NCBI RefSeq assembly: GCF_036321535.1
Contig: NC_087437.1
Span: 122,514,001-122,578,000, forward strand
Source: Camelus dromedarius
Lineage: Eukaryota
Length of the DNA: 64,000 nucleotides
Direction of reading: 5' to 3'
Below are positions 1 to 13,300 of this stretch, one piece after another. The notes beneath the pieces are model-generated. The model was given only the letters and a program-made list of their open reading frames with translations. It did no database searches and had not been told where the DNA came from. The translations under genes were made by a program, and so were the position numbers. Each line of letters begins with the position of its first letter. Within the stretch, counting starts at the first letter, position 1.

Positions 1-1245
1 GCAGTACTTGTAAGTACAGTAGTTCATTTTTATTTTGAGTGCAGTTTGTTTATTTTTATGCAGATATTTTAAAAACTACTTTGTAGTTAAGATTACCATT
101 TATTCCTTTTTTCATAAATAATGTAAAAATCATGCTTTCTTTTTGCTAGATTGGGAAGGGTGAGGAGGTTTTAAACTGAGAACACTGTGATAGGTATACT
201 TTAAAATGCTAATTCATCGATATCAAGCTTTTTCCGGGGTTGTAAAATCTCTTGTCATTAAAGTTAGATGTTTCCAAATGATGTTTTCTGCCATTGTTAA
301 TGGTGAGTTTGCATTTTGCTCCCATGTAATTTCATCTCTCTACATATTTAAAAAATTCTTAGTTTGCATTCTGCCTAGGTCATGAAATGATAGATAAATG
401 ATTGGAATTTTAAAGTGTCTGCATCTGTGATGGCAGGAGCATTCATTTAAAAATTAAAGATTACAGATCAGTGTCAGTTCTCATGAGTGGACGAGTGTTG
501 CTGTGGTCCAGACCTGATACTCTCCAGACTCAGTGGTAGCAGTGGTCTGTAGCAGCTTGCAACCAGCCGGTACCCGAAAAGATACACGTGCCTCATCGTG
601 AAAACGAAACACAGAATGTGCAGACAGCGGAAGGAGTGACCTTAAACATTTTCTGTATCTAACGTAGTTTGTCTTTAAATGGGACATTGGTACGTTCTGC
701 CTTAAAGACCTGATTGCAGCCTCTTAACAGTGAGATGTATTAAACTGCCAGGAGGGTAGTTTTTATGTTTTAGGTTTATTCTTTGATGACGGCAGAGGTT
801 TTGTGTCTTTGTGATATTCAACTTACTTTTTGGGGGAATAGGAGTAAGTTATAGAAACCTAGCTATTTTTATAATATAACAAAAAATAGTCCAATAAAAA
901 TTGATTTCAAAATGTGTTTCTGCTTCATTGAGGGAGATTTCTAGTAAAATGTCATTAGATCGTTAGGAAGGCAAGTTACTCACGCCTGTCCCTGTGCTGT
1001 CATTGTGGTTCTGGTCTAGTTCCCTCTGAGCACCGGATGCCACACACATGCAGAGCTGGACGTGCCATGCCGGGGAGTTCAGAGTTCACAGGATCCTGGC
1101 GTGGCCTGGTCAACCAGAAAAACAAAGCCGATCGGAATGCTGCATTCCTTGCCCAGAGCTCAGCTAGTGAAGCTTTAGTCAGTGGGGTTTAAGCAGCAGC
1201 TTGGTATTAATGTTCTTTTATCTTGGGTTTGTTTTTCAAAAGCAG

Positions 1246-1380
1246 ATTTGCACTCTGCCCCTCCTGATGTCACCACGGGCCTCGTGCAGCACCAGCACGC
1301 TCACAGAGAGCGCCCACAGCTGGCTTCTGTGAGAGGAGTCCCTCGAGGGTGCGGTGGGAGCGTCCTGGAGACGGCGGGAG
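1246..1380 (+). CDS. DIP2A: DIP2A exon ~6 ([12 protein letters not shown]...LETAG)
   Basis: aagcag|AT TTG ... GGA G|gtaagc; 135 nt. Confidence 0.93.
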
Positions 1381-4300
1381 GTAAGCATACCTCTCTTCCT
1401 CCTTTTCAGATAGCGGAGCACAGGTATTGCACCTCACCTTGGTGTCTTCTCTTTAGCAAACCTGAGCCGGTCATCAGTTACAATCCTAGTGCATTTAAAT
1501 TGCCCACGTGTGTATCACATGGAGAAATAATCAGGAATAGCCTTGGAGTTGGTCAGATGGGGAGCGAGGAAAGTAGGGGGAGAAAGCCTTCACATTTAAA
1601 TTGCATGTGCCAGGTGTTTGGATCTGTGGCATTGGAGGAGAACGAGAAGGGGGGGACGTTTCTTTCTGTGGACCAGTGTGGGATTAGTGCGAGCGTGGCC
1701 CCGCCGGTGACAGCGGCCCTGCCGGCGACAGCAGCCCCCACACCCTCCCTCCTGCAGGTCGTGTTTACCCGTGTGCAGCCCTGAGAATTCAGTGCAATTC
1801 TCATTTCCTCATTTGTACCATTTCCTTTTGAGACAGCTTCCAGTGCCTTTTAACAAGATCACATGGAGTTTTCTTTCCAGTGTACCAGATTTGAGTGGCA
1901 GGAAAATTCAGAGGATCTCCAATCTAAGACCTAAACGTGTTTTGATGCTCCCAAGCAGTCGGTCAGATTTTGTTGAGGTCTTTCAGCTCCTTGTCCAGAT
2001 GCAAAAGGAGAAGCTGAGTCAATGTGAAGCAGGCTTTACATTGGTTAGATAGATTTTTAAATTTCATTTGTTACTCTTTATATTTTAAAAACAGTAAGAG
2101 CTTAGTTGAGGCATAACTGACATGTAACCTTCTGCACAGACTTAAAGTGTACAGTTTTGTAAGTGTTAAGACACGTGTGCACCATGAAACCACCACCCGA
2201 GCCAGCATACCTAGTCCCTCACAGCTTCCTTGTGCCCTTCGTAGCGGTCCTGGCCGCTCTTTGTGGCTCCCCTCAGGCAACACTGATTTACTCTGGGCAC
2301 TATTAGATGAGTTTACATTTCCTAGGATTTTATATAAATAGTATCATACAGCATTCACTCTCCATTGGCTGGCTCCTCCCACAGATTCATCCATGTCCTT
2401 CATGCGTCAGCAGTTCGTCCCTTTTATTGACGACTAGTATTTCATGCTATGAATGTGCCATCGTTTATCTTTTTCCTGCCGATGGATGTTTTGGTGGTTT
2501 CCAGTTTTTAGCTGTTGGGAGTGAAGCTGCTGTGGCTGTTCTTTCACAGATCCCCGTGTGGATGTATACTCTCATTTCTTTTCGGTCAGCACCTAGGAGT
2601 AGAACAGCTGGAACACAGTAGGTTCATGTTTTAGCTTTTTAAGAAATTGCCAAAATGATCCCCAAAGTGGCTGCACTGTCTCCCATTCCCGGTCCCTCCA
2701 TATCCCTGCCAGCAGCCAATGGCGCTGGTTTTAAATTGTAGCCCCCCTCGTAGGTGTGTAGAGGCACCTCGTTACAGTTTTAACTTGCGTCTCCCTGATG
2801 ACGGATGACGATCTTTTCATGTGCTTATTTGCCATCCGTGTATCTTTTTAGAAGAGTCTGTTCAGATCTTCTGCTTATTTTTAACAATGAGTGTTTATTT
2901 TCTTGTTAAGAATTGGGAGTTCCTTACATGCTCCTGTCAGGTTTCTGGGCTGTGTTCTTCCCCGTCTGTGCTTGGTTCTTGTTCTCTTACTAGTGTCTTT
3001 CAGAGAGCAGAAGCTTTAATCTTGACGAAGTCCAGTTTACCAGTTTTTTCTTTTATGGTGTCTATGTTTGTGTCATATCCAAGATATATTTTCCTAACCC
3101 AAGGTCATAGAGGTTTACTCCTATATTTTCTCCTAGAATTTCATAGTTTTAGGTTTAGGTATGTGACCCATTTTGAGTTAAGTTTACTATCAGTGTAAGA
3201 TAGGAAGCTGGGTTCACTTTTCTGCGTGGATGTTCAGTTGTTCCAGGATCATTTAACATAATGGTTGTTCTATCCCCACTGAGTCTCTTTGGCCTCGTTG
3301 GTGAGGATCGTTGGGCCATGGTGAGAGGAGTCTGTGTCTGGGCTCTGTGTCCTGATCCTCCACTTCATCTGTCCGTCCTTACATCAGTACCACACTGTCA
3401 TCATCTTTTTATATGTGGGTTTTTATATGTGGTTTTGTAATACATCTTAAAATTGTGTAGTTTTTTTCAACTCTTCATGAAAAAATTGCCTTAGCTATTC
3501 CAGCTCTTTTGCATTTTAATATATATTTTAAAATCACTTTGTTAATTTCTACCAAAACTCCTGCTGGGTTTTGAGTGGTATTTCATTGACTCTCTAGATC
3601 GATATGGAGAGAATTGGCGCCTTAACAGTATTGTGTATTTTAATTGATATATGTGATATATATCTCTCCATTTACTGAGCTCTTTTAAAAATCTTTTCCA
3701 GCACTATTTTGTAGCTTTCAGTGTACAGATATTGCACATATTTTATTAAAATTATCTCAAAATATATTTTTGATGCTATTGTAAATGGTATTTAAATTTT
3801 ATTACTTTTCTGGCTTTATTACAGTGTCTAGACTTCCAGTAACATCAATTAGAAATGTTGAGAGTGGACATAACTTGTCTTGTTTCCAATTTGAGGGGGA
3901 ATTATCCATTTCTGCAATTTTTAATTGTGACGTTAGCTGTGGGTTTTTCATAGATGCTCTTCATCAGGTTGAGAATGTTCCTTTTTTCCCTAATATCCTG
4001 AAAATTTTTATCATGATTTTTGTTAAGTGATTTTTTAACCTGTTAAGCTCATCATATGGTTTTCTTTTGTAGTTTATTAACATAGTAAATTTCATTGATA
4101 GATTTTTGAAGATTAAGCCAAAGTTGTATTCTCAAGACCAACCCCACTTAGTTGTGGCGTGTTACCCTTTTTATGTGTTGTGGATTTGATTTGCTAAAGT
4201 TTTGTTAAGGATTTGTGTCTGTGTTCGAGATAAATACAGGTTTTTCATGATTCCACTCAGGTGCCACGATCCTGGCTGAAACAGCCCCGGAAGAGCACGT

Positions 4301-7300
4301 TCTGGTGCGGGGGATGCCCGCCTGCCCCCACGCCCGGCCAGAGTGATGTCCAGCTCCCCACGATCGTCACCCTCTTGTGCACCCAGTAGGCAGTGTGAGG
4401 ACCACACACATGCATGACCTCATCCTCATCTAACTCTCTCGCACACTTCACAGCCGCTGGGTCATTCTGCCAGATGCAGCGTTTACTGCGATCGTGCTGA
4501 AGTATGTCCCCACTTCAGCACTCCACTGACACTGACGGGTAACTCTCCGCACTCTGTCTTCTTCCTTCCTGCCTCCCTCCCTCCCTCCCTTCTTTATAAA
4601 TACCTGTCTTCAGGAAGGACTCATGGACCTCTGTTTTCTCAGATGTTATAAATCATGTTTCTTAACTATTTTGATGCACAAATTGTCCACATCCAGCTGA
4701 TGGGATCGGGCACAGCTGAGCTGTGACACCGTTTTCACTCACTGTCTTATATTCTGTCATAACGTGCGTCAGAGTCACTTTCTGCTCCGGAGCCCTGGCC
4801 CTGGATTAGCTACTTCTCAAGGAGCAAGGAAGGAACTGAAGCCTGAGGCCTGGTGCCGAGCGTGCTCACTCCACTGCTGTGCCACTGCTCCTCCGGCTCC
4901 CAGCTAAAGCAGTGCGCTGTGAATAGACACACACCTACACATACGAACACATGTGCACACAGGTGGGCACAGCAGATGCATCTGTGAAATCATGAGTCCA
5001 CACCCGGGCCTCCCACGCTGGTCTTCATGTGTAGACGCCTTCCCACAGCAAGAGCCTGGGTGCACAAGAAAAGAGGGGTGACGATCATGAGGAGCTGGAC
5101 ATCACTCTGGCCGGGCGTGGGGGCAGGCGGGTGTCCCCTGCACTGGAACGTGCTCTTCTGGGGCTGTTTCAGCCAGGAACATGGCACCTGCGTGGAATCA
5201 TGAGGAACCTCAATAAATGCAGAAGGAGGTGTGTTGTACTCAGTGAAAACAAAGAACTAACTTTCAAAATTCCAGTGTTACAAAGATCAAAGAAATTTTC
5301 CAGATCAAAGGGGGCTAAGAAGGGAGGCCAGTGAGTGCAGGGCTCAGTTCTGGGCCCGTTTCTGGAGGACGGGGTGCTGTTAATGATTACCGAGGACACC
5401 AGAGAACTTTTAGTTTATGTGGGTTTCTCTGGATATTTATTGTTCAAAATTAAGACTGAAAATTTAAAAAACTATTTATTATCTCATTTTAAAATAACAG
5501 TGATAAACTCAGTACAACCCAGATATCTGACACACGAGACGCAGTCGAACGAGCAGGCCTGCCCCCTGTTGTCGCTGGGCCTGCGTGGCTGTGTGGCCGG
5601 GAGCCCTCTCCCGTGCGCGTGCAGAGAGGGGAGGGGAAGAGCAGATACCAGCTAATGTGACATAGGGGTAGTTTGACCTCATGAAGCCCCTGAAAGGGTC
5701 TCAAGTAAACCCCCAGGGGCCCCTGGATCACTTTGAAAACAGCTCAGTTAGGACAAGTTCCAGTTCCTGGAAGGCTTCAGTAAATACTGAACTGAAATAG
5801 ACGAACTAATAAATCCCAGCCTGGCTATTTGACGGGCCAGCGCTGGGTTGGATTCACAGGTTCCGACGTGTTCATGTAGGTGGTCTCTGGGCCTGGTGTC
5901 CGCCCCTGGCCTCAGCCCTCCTCCTTCTGTGACAGGTGTCCCTGTGAACAGCAGGGTGTCCTCCAAGATCCAGCAGCTTCTGAACACACTGAAGAGGCCG
6001 AAGCGCCCTCCGCTGAAGGAGTTCTTCGTGGATGACTTTGAGGAGTTGTTGGAAGGTGAGCATTCTGGCCCTGGCCCTTGGCCCACAGTTGTGTGAATGG
6101 GGTGGCCGTTACGGTGGAGATACAGACAAATGCACCTTGAACCTGGGTTATCACTGTGACTTTATAACACAGCAGAGTGCGTTTCCAGACTCTGGTCACT
6201 GTGTGTGAAGGAGGAACAGTATCACATGTGGCCACTGGCTTTGTCTGACAGGTAGAAGGCTCACTGCTCCTGTGCAGCTAAGAGGTGCGTCCCTGCCTCT
6301 GGGCCGTGCATCATGCTTTGTAGGAATACTTTGAAGATTCGATTTTACTGACACTATTTAAATTTTTATTTAAACTCTAAATCCGGAATACTTATATCCC
6401 CTTTGTTTTAAAGTATTATATTTTTAGCAAAGCTTGGGCTCCTTTTCAGGATTCTAGCCTGTCACTTATGAATTATATACATATTTAGAAAAAAAGAATA
6501 TAGACTTACTTTTAAAAAGCAAATGACCAAGAAACAGAAAGGAGTATAAATGTGTAGAAGAGGAAGAGAAGTAAAGCGCCACACCGGACACCGGTGTGCG
6601 GTGTGAGCCTCGGGAGCGCACGGCTCTGCCCCTCGGGCCAGCTCCAGTGTCTCCTTCGAACTCGGCGATTAGACATGGTGTCAGTGCAGGTTTCTGTAAT
6701 CACATCACACCTTTCAGATTCAAAGTTCAATGCTGTAAATGCTTTTTAGGACCGTCTTTCTTACATTTGGGCAAATTTGGGTTGCATATCCACTGGAAAT
6801 GTAGTAGGTTTTACTTTCTTTTTCCTTCTGACATGGTTTGGGTGCCCAAACTGAAGTGTTGCACTCACTTTCCCTTTGTACGTGGGGTGAGTGCCTGCTT
6901 CCCAGGTGTCGTCAGGGTTGGCTGAGACCCAGGCCCAGCCGTCCCTGCTGCGCCCGGGGTCGTGTGGGGTCAGGGTCACCAGGACTCGTCCTGGCCGGTG
7001 GCTGGGTCCCTTTCTGTCCTTAGCCGTGGGGCTGTGATGACGCTAATGATAAGGCGATCCAAATTTCCTGATGGTAGCCTTTTATTATTGGTGTTTTTTA
7101 GAGAAGAAAACTATGAAATGTGAGTGCTTAGCAGACGAATGTGTGCCTGGTTCTGTGAGGTGCTGATTTTACATCTCTGTTTTTCTTGCAGTGCAGCAGC
7201 CAGATCCAAGCCAGCCCAAGCCCGAGGGCAGCCAGATGGTGGTGCTGAAGGGGGAGCCCCCGGCCACGGGCACTGACTGGCCGCCCTCGCTGCTGGCCGC

Positions 7301-10300
7301 CTTGCAGCAGTGGGGCACCACGCAGCCCAAAGCCCCGTGCCTGACCGCCCTGGACACTGCTGGGAAGGCCATCTGCACCCTCACCTACGGCAAGTGTCAG
7401 CAGAGAGCAGCCGGACTCCGGCTTAGCTGTGAGGCACTATGTGTTGTGGTGCAAACACACCTCTGGGTGCACACGAGGGAGCGATCTTGACACACTTACT
7501 CAGATGCCGGGTAGACAGAGCCCTGCCTCCCCCCAGGCGCCCTTCCAGACCACTGCCCTTGCCGCACCCAAGGGGACGCTCCCTGCCCGGTGGTTCTGAG
7601 AGTTCACATCTGTGTACAGTTCTGAACAGCGGGGTTTAGTTTTGTCAATGTTGACTTTGTACAAATGGCATCGAGCAGTGCATATTTTTTGTGTTTGCCG
7701 TCTTTTGGTTCCATTTTGTTTTTATGTAACACGAATCTTGCACACTTGGCTCAACGCGTTTTCACAGAGCTCTCAGCCTAGAGGCACTTCCGGTCCCCAG
7801 ACCCTGAGTCCCCCCGGCCAAGGCCAGTGCCCTGCCGACTGCTGGGTGTGGGCGGGTTCTGTGAAGGCTCAGCGTCATCCGTGAGACTCTCCCGTGTACT
7901 CTGTGCAGCGTGGTTCGTTCACCCTCACTGATGGATGGTACTCCATCCTGAGAACACATGCTCTGCAGTAGGTAGACATCTGGGTTGTGTCTACAGCAGG
8001 CTACTGTGTGTGCTGTCATGAATGTTCTCGGTGGGTCTGCTGGGGGACTTGTGCTGCTGTGGGCGTAGGAGTCACAGGTCAGCGTCAGGACGTGCTGCCA
8101 ACCAGTTTTCCCAAGTGTCCCAACATCTGCACTCCCCCCGCCCTGTGGGAGGAGTTTCAGTTGCTCCACATCCTCTCAGCACCTGACTGTCCACTTCCTT
8201 TTAGTCTTCCTTGGCGTAGGGGGGCAGCTGTCAGGTCCTGGTGCTCATTTTCACTCCCTGACGGCTGAGGGGCTTTTCATGCATGTTTTGGCACCTGAGT
8301 ATCTTCTGTGAACTACCCAAATCCTAGGCTCATTTTTATGTTTGGTTGTTAACGCTTTCTTGCTTCTTTTTGTTTTAGATACACACCTTTTGTCAAATAC
8401 ATGTTTTACAGACATCTTCTCCACTCTTTGCACTACCTTTTAACACTTTTAATTGTGGCTTTAGAGAAATAAGAAGTCTTAACCTAATGTAGTCTAATTC
8501 ATCTATTTTTTTCCCCCTTTTATATGGTGCTTTTTTGTCCTGTTTAGGAAGTCTTTGCCAAACCTAAGGTCACAAAGATACTCTTATCTTTTCTTCTAAA
8601 GACTTGTTTTACCTTTCACATTCAGGTGTTGTGGTCCACATATAGTTTAGTTTTGTGTGTGATGTGAACGTCTGATTGAGCCACTGTCACTCGTTGAGAA
8701 GGCACCTTCCCCTGGGTGCAGCTTTGTCATGTCAGGTGAGCAGTGTGCTCGTGGGTCTGTTCTGTCTCACCACCTGCCGCCCCCCGCATTCCCTGAATTA
8801 CCACAGGTGAGAGTCTGTGTCTGAATGTGAGTCCTTCAGCCTGTGATTGTTCCTCAAGATTTCCTTGACTATCAGCCCTTTGCATTTCCAAATGAACTTT
8901 AGAATCAACTTGTCCTTTTCCAGAAAAATTCTTGTCAGGATATTGATTGGCACTGGATTGAATCCATAGTTCAACTTCAAAAGAATCAATATTGTCACAA
9001 TTAGGGAATCTTTCAGTTCATGACCCTAGAATATTACCCCCTTTTAAGGCCTTCTTGAGTTTCTCTCAGGAATAGTTTATACTTTTGAGTACAGAAATCT
9101 TCATTTTTTTTCATTAGATTCATTCCTATTGTAAGGAATGATTAAACTTTTTTCCTACTCATTTGTTGCTTGTAAAGAGAAATGCAATTGATTTTTTAAA
9201 TGGTGACTTTGTATCTAGTAATCTTGTTAAATTAACATATTAATTATTTTTGGCTTATTAATTGTAATTTTGGATATCCTTTGTGCAGAAGTCATAGCAC
9301 CTGTGAACAATGCCAAAATTATTTTGGCTTTTTGTTTCCTTTCTTTCCTCATTGTGCGAACTGGAAACACCAGTGCAGTGTGGAGCCCTCCTCCGTCTTA
9401 GGTGGAGAGCGTTTGGGCTCAATGTGCGGTGTCTACTGTAGCTTGTTTACTTGTTTTATGGCAGAAATTCTTTGTCAGTTAATGCAGGTCCCTTCTGCTC
9501 CTAGTTTGCTAAAAGGTTTTCATCTTGGATTATCTATTTCTGTTCTGTCAATGTGATCATTTGGTTTCTCTGCCCTCCCCCACTAATTTGGTGAATTCTG
9601 TTGATTAATTTTCAAATGCTAGGCAGCCCTTGCATTCCTGGAATAAATCCCACTTGGCCATGGTATCTTGTCTTTTTGGTAAATGCCTGGATCCTATTTG
9701 GCAGTGTGTTGTTTAGAGTCTGCATTTGTGTTCATTAGGGAGATCGTCTGTAATTCTTTAAGAAATGAGCTCACCGCCCACCTATGAGGAGGTGGGCTGC
9801 TGGCAGCCTCCACCTGTTGCATTCAGCCTTCGGGTCCAGGTCATGTGAGGTGTTCGGACAGGGCCTGTGTCTGCTCAGCACGGACTTTCCTCACGAGAGA
9901 GCCGACTCCCGGGTCGCCCTGTGGGGCTTGCAGAGACTGCGGTCCACTGGCATCTCCTGCCCACCCTGGCTGTCTCCCTTTTCCCTTTACACGTTTTGCC
10001 CCATGGGAGTACCTCCCGTGCGAGCTCTGGCTCAGTGTCTGCTTCCAGAAGAAGCCAGCCTGTGACACCTTCTCTCCTTGTCTTTCATTTTAAGTCTGTG
10101 TCTGCTACACCTGCAAGATACCACTGCTCTGCCTTTAAGTCAGGAGTCACGCTGTTCCCCATTCCCTTCGCTGGACCATCCTTCCCACTAGCCCTCATTT
10201 GCCATGGTCACCTCTCCCTCTGGCCTGCGGGCCCCCCATGTCTTCCTTCTTGAAGGTGCTCAGGCATCCTTGGTGCTCTAAGTCAGTGCTGTCTTCTGGA

Positions 10301-13300
10301 AAGCGAGGTGCCAGGCTGTTGCTGTCTGGATGATAATGTGTCTTTTTTCCTCTGCTTTTTAAAAATTCCTCTTCATTTGGCTCTGGCTTACATCTGTCTT
10401 ACCAATGTATTTAGGTGTGATGTTCTTTGAAATTTTCCTGCTTGGGGTCCAGAGGACTTCTTAAATCTGTGGGATGGTATTTTTCATCAGTTTTAGAAAA
10501 TTACAGCCATAATTTCTTTTTTTTTAAGTAATTATTTTTGGACATTGTTTTGTTTTGGGGGGAGGTAATTAGGTTTAATTAATTAATTAATTAATTTTTA
10601 TTTATTTAATTTTATTGGAGGTACTGGGGATTGAACCCAGGACCTTGTGCATGCTAAGCATACACTCTACCACTAAGCTCTACTCTTACCCCCACCCCCA
10701 TAATTTCTTGGTATATTGTTTCTTCCCCATTTCTCTCTCCTGTCTTTCTGGGACTCTTGATTACGTTTATATTAATAACTTTTCTGAGTTCCACGTGCCT
10801 TTAATGTTCTTTTTTATATTTTGCATCCTTTTATATATTTACTTCAGTTTGGAGATTTTTTTATTTTCCATTATTCAGACTCCCTAAAACTGGTGTATTC
10901 TGTGTGACCCCTTCATCTGGGGCCCCCCAGTGTGGATTTTGTCTTATGTGGTGACTTCAGGGCTCTGGCTTTTCAGAGGTCTCAGGATTCGGCAGATTGC
11001 TCCGAGGCCCCATCTCCATGCCCAGCAGCAGCACTTGGTGGGTGCGAGGCCCTTAGCTGCCCCTCTCCTGGGGACCGGATCCCCGCACCCGCAGCTTTTG
11101 TAAGAGCAGCTGTAGGAGGGCAGCTCACCTCCCAGGGGCTTCCACTAGAGTCGTACCCTCTCTGTCTTTGCTGGCTGTCTTTGCTGCCTCCAGCAGGTGG
11201 TTCTGCATTTTACCCAATTTTGCAATCATCTTAGAGGGGAGAGCTGGTCTGTCACCACTGCCTTCTCCTGCTTGGAAACAGCGCCTTCTTACCGTCACGC
11301 TTTTAAGACTCATCCATGTTACAGAGTGTTCTTGTGACTCATTCACTTCTGATGTGGAACGAATATTGGACATTTCAGGACTTGTGTATCCATTATACAG
11401 CCGATAGACATTTGGGTCATTTCCAGTGTGGACTGTTACGCACTGTTGCTGGGAACATCCCGCTGTGTGCATCTCTGTAGGGTGTAGACTTAGGAGAGGA
11501 GATGCTAGCTGGATCTGGGGTTATGAGATTTTCACATGTATCAGATAATTCCAGACTCCTCCAGTTTCACTGCCCTGATCAGCATGAGCCCCCTGCTCCC
11601 TGTCACCAGCGGGCTTATTTAGGTGCTATTCATTGTGGTGCTGATTTGCATTTTCCTGATGACTAAGTAGGTTGAGATCTTTTCCTGTTTTCAGTCGTTG
11701 GGTTTTCTCTTTGCTAAGTGCTGTTGAATCTTCTGCACATTTTTATACAGGATTATTTGTGGGCATTTCATGTGTCCTGGATACCAGTCCTGTTGGTGGC
11801 CTGTGGTGCATGGATCACCTGCTTTGAGCCCCAGCCGCTCACCCCCACATGGCAAGCATCCTTTCTCCCCTCTGTGAGGATCCTCCCCACCGAGCCGAGG
11901 CTGCTCTGGTGTCCAGGGAGGGTGCTGCTGTTTTCCCACCCACATTTAGAGCTGCCGTCCCCACCAGAGTGAGTTTTTGTGTGTGGTATAGGCCTGGGCT
12001 CCAGGCCAGCCTTTCAGGAAAGGTCACAGTGCCACCTGTCGTCCACACCTGGGTAGATCTGTCTTTACCCCACTGATTCAGTCTGCCCTGTGCTGACACC
12101 ACGCCCTCTCCACTGCCGTCGCGTGTAACCAGCCTCGACGTCCCTAGGGGAAGCCTACCTGTCCAGCTCCTTCCTCAAGGCTGTCTTGGCTGTCCTCGCC
12201 CTTTTATGTCAGTGTCCATTTTAAAACCAGCTTGTGTCACAGACGGACCTGCCAAGGGTGGGTGGTTGTTTTGAGCAACTCGAGGAGAATTAGCACATTT
12301 GCACTGCGGCGTCTTCCCGCAAGTGGACGCAACAGGTCCCTCCCTTCCTTCCGATCTTTCTCAGCCTCAGTAGTGTTTTATGATTTTCTTGGGGAAGGCG
12401 CTGTGTATTTTTTGTAACACTTACTCTTAGGTATTTGACATGTTTATTTAAATCTTACTGTAAATAGTATCATTAAAATTTGTATTTAGTGTGGAGCTGG
12501 TACTTAGATCTCAAACAGTGTTTGTATATTGCTGTTGTATGTGACAGCCTTGCTAATTTCAGTTACAAGGTTCATAACACACACCGGTCACATTATCTGT
12601 GAATAATGACAGTTTTGTTTCCAGTTGTTTTACCTCCCCTGCCGCCTCCCCCAGTCACATTGGCTGAGACTTCGAGTAAAACGGCAAATGTTCTTGACCA
12701 ACTCTTGGTATCTCAATTAATGGTATCTGACCATTAATTGTGGTGTCTCTGATAGGATTTTTACGGATGACTTTTAACAATCACATTAAAGGAGTTTCCT
12801 TTCATCCTGGATTTAAGAAGGAATTTGAAAATCCTGAATGATAAATTGTTTTACCTTTTTTTCACCTTTATTCTGTTATTGTGGCAAATTATGTTGATTT
12901 TCTGTTAAACCTCTGCCTTGTTGAGATAAAACTAACTTGATCACAGTGCATTATTGTTTTATATGTAGCTGAACTCAGTTTGGAAATCTTTAAACTGTGT
13001 TAACAGTTATTAACATCTTGAATTGACCTTTTTATGTAGGCAAAGGCAATAATGTTTTGAGTTGAGGATATTTTTTCTCATTTATTTCTCAGGCTCCATA
13101 ATTCACTTATCTTACCATGTTGCGCCTGAATGTGGGTTACAGTGAAGTGGGGTTCGTTTGGAAGGCATGCAGTTGCCAGAGGTGGGGAGGGTGAAGCCGT
13201 GGCTCTGTCTTCCCCCTTGGTGCATCTCGCAGGGTGAGGAGAGGGTGCTTCAGTGTCGGGCAGACTCCGGCTTTGTGTCCTCTCGCCCTCTCTTCACCCT

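Noticed and set aside
460..690. Possible extra DIP2A exon or small antisense ORF (481-687)
   Set aside because: Weak acceptor, early stops in the + frames, and no recognisable DIP2 homology.
4238..5210. Inverted repeat as a circRNA-promoting pair
   Set aside because: Both arms lie in the same intron and flank no exon.
7390..7399. Canonical GT donor at 7394
   Set aside because: It would frameshift into exon 13991-14082 and has a poor consensus.
10615..10697. tRNA gene
   Set aside because: The A/B boxes belong to a SINE head with an AT-rich tail and TSD; no intact cloverleaf is evident.
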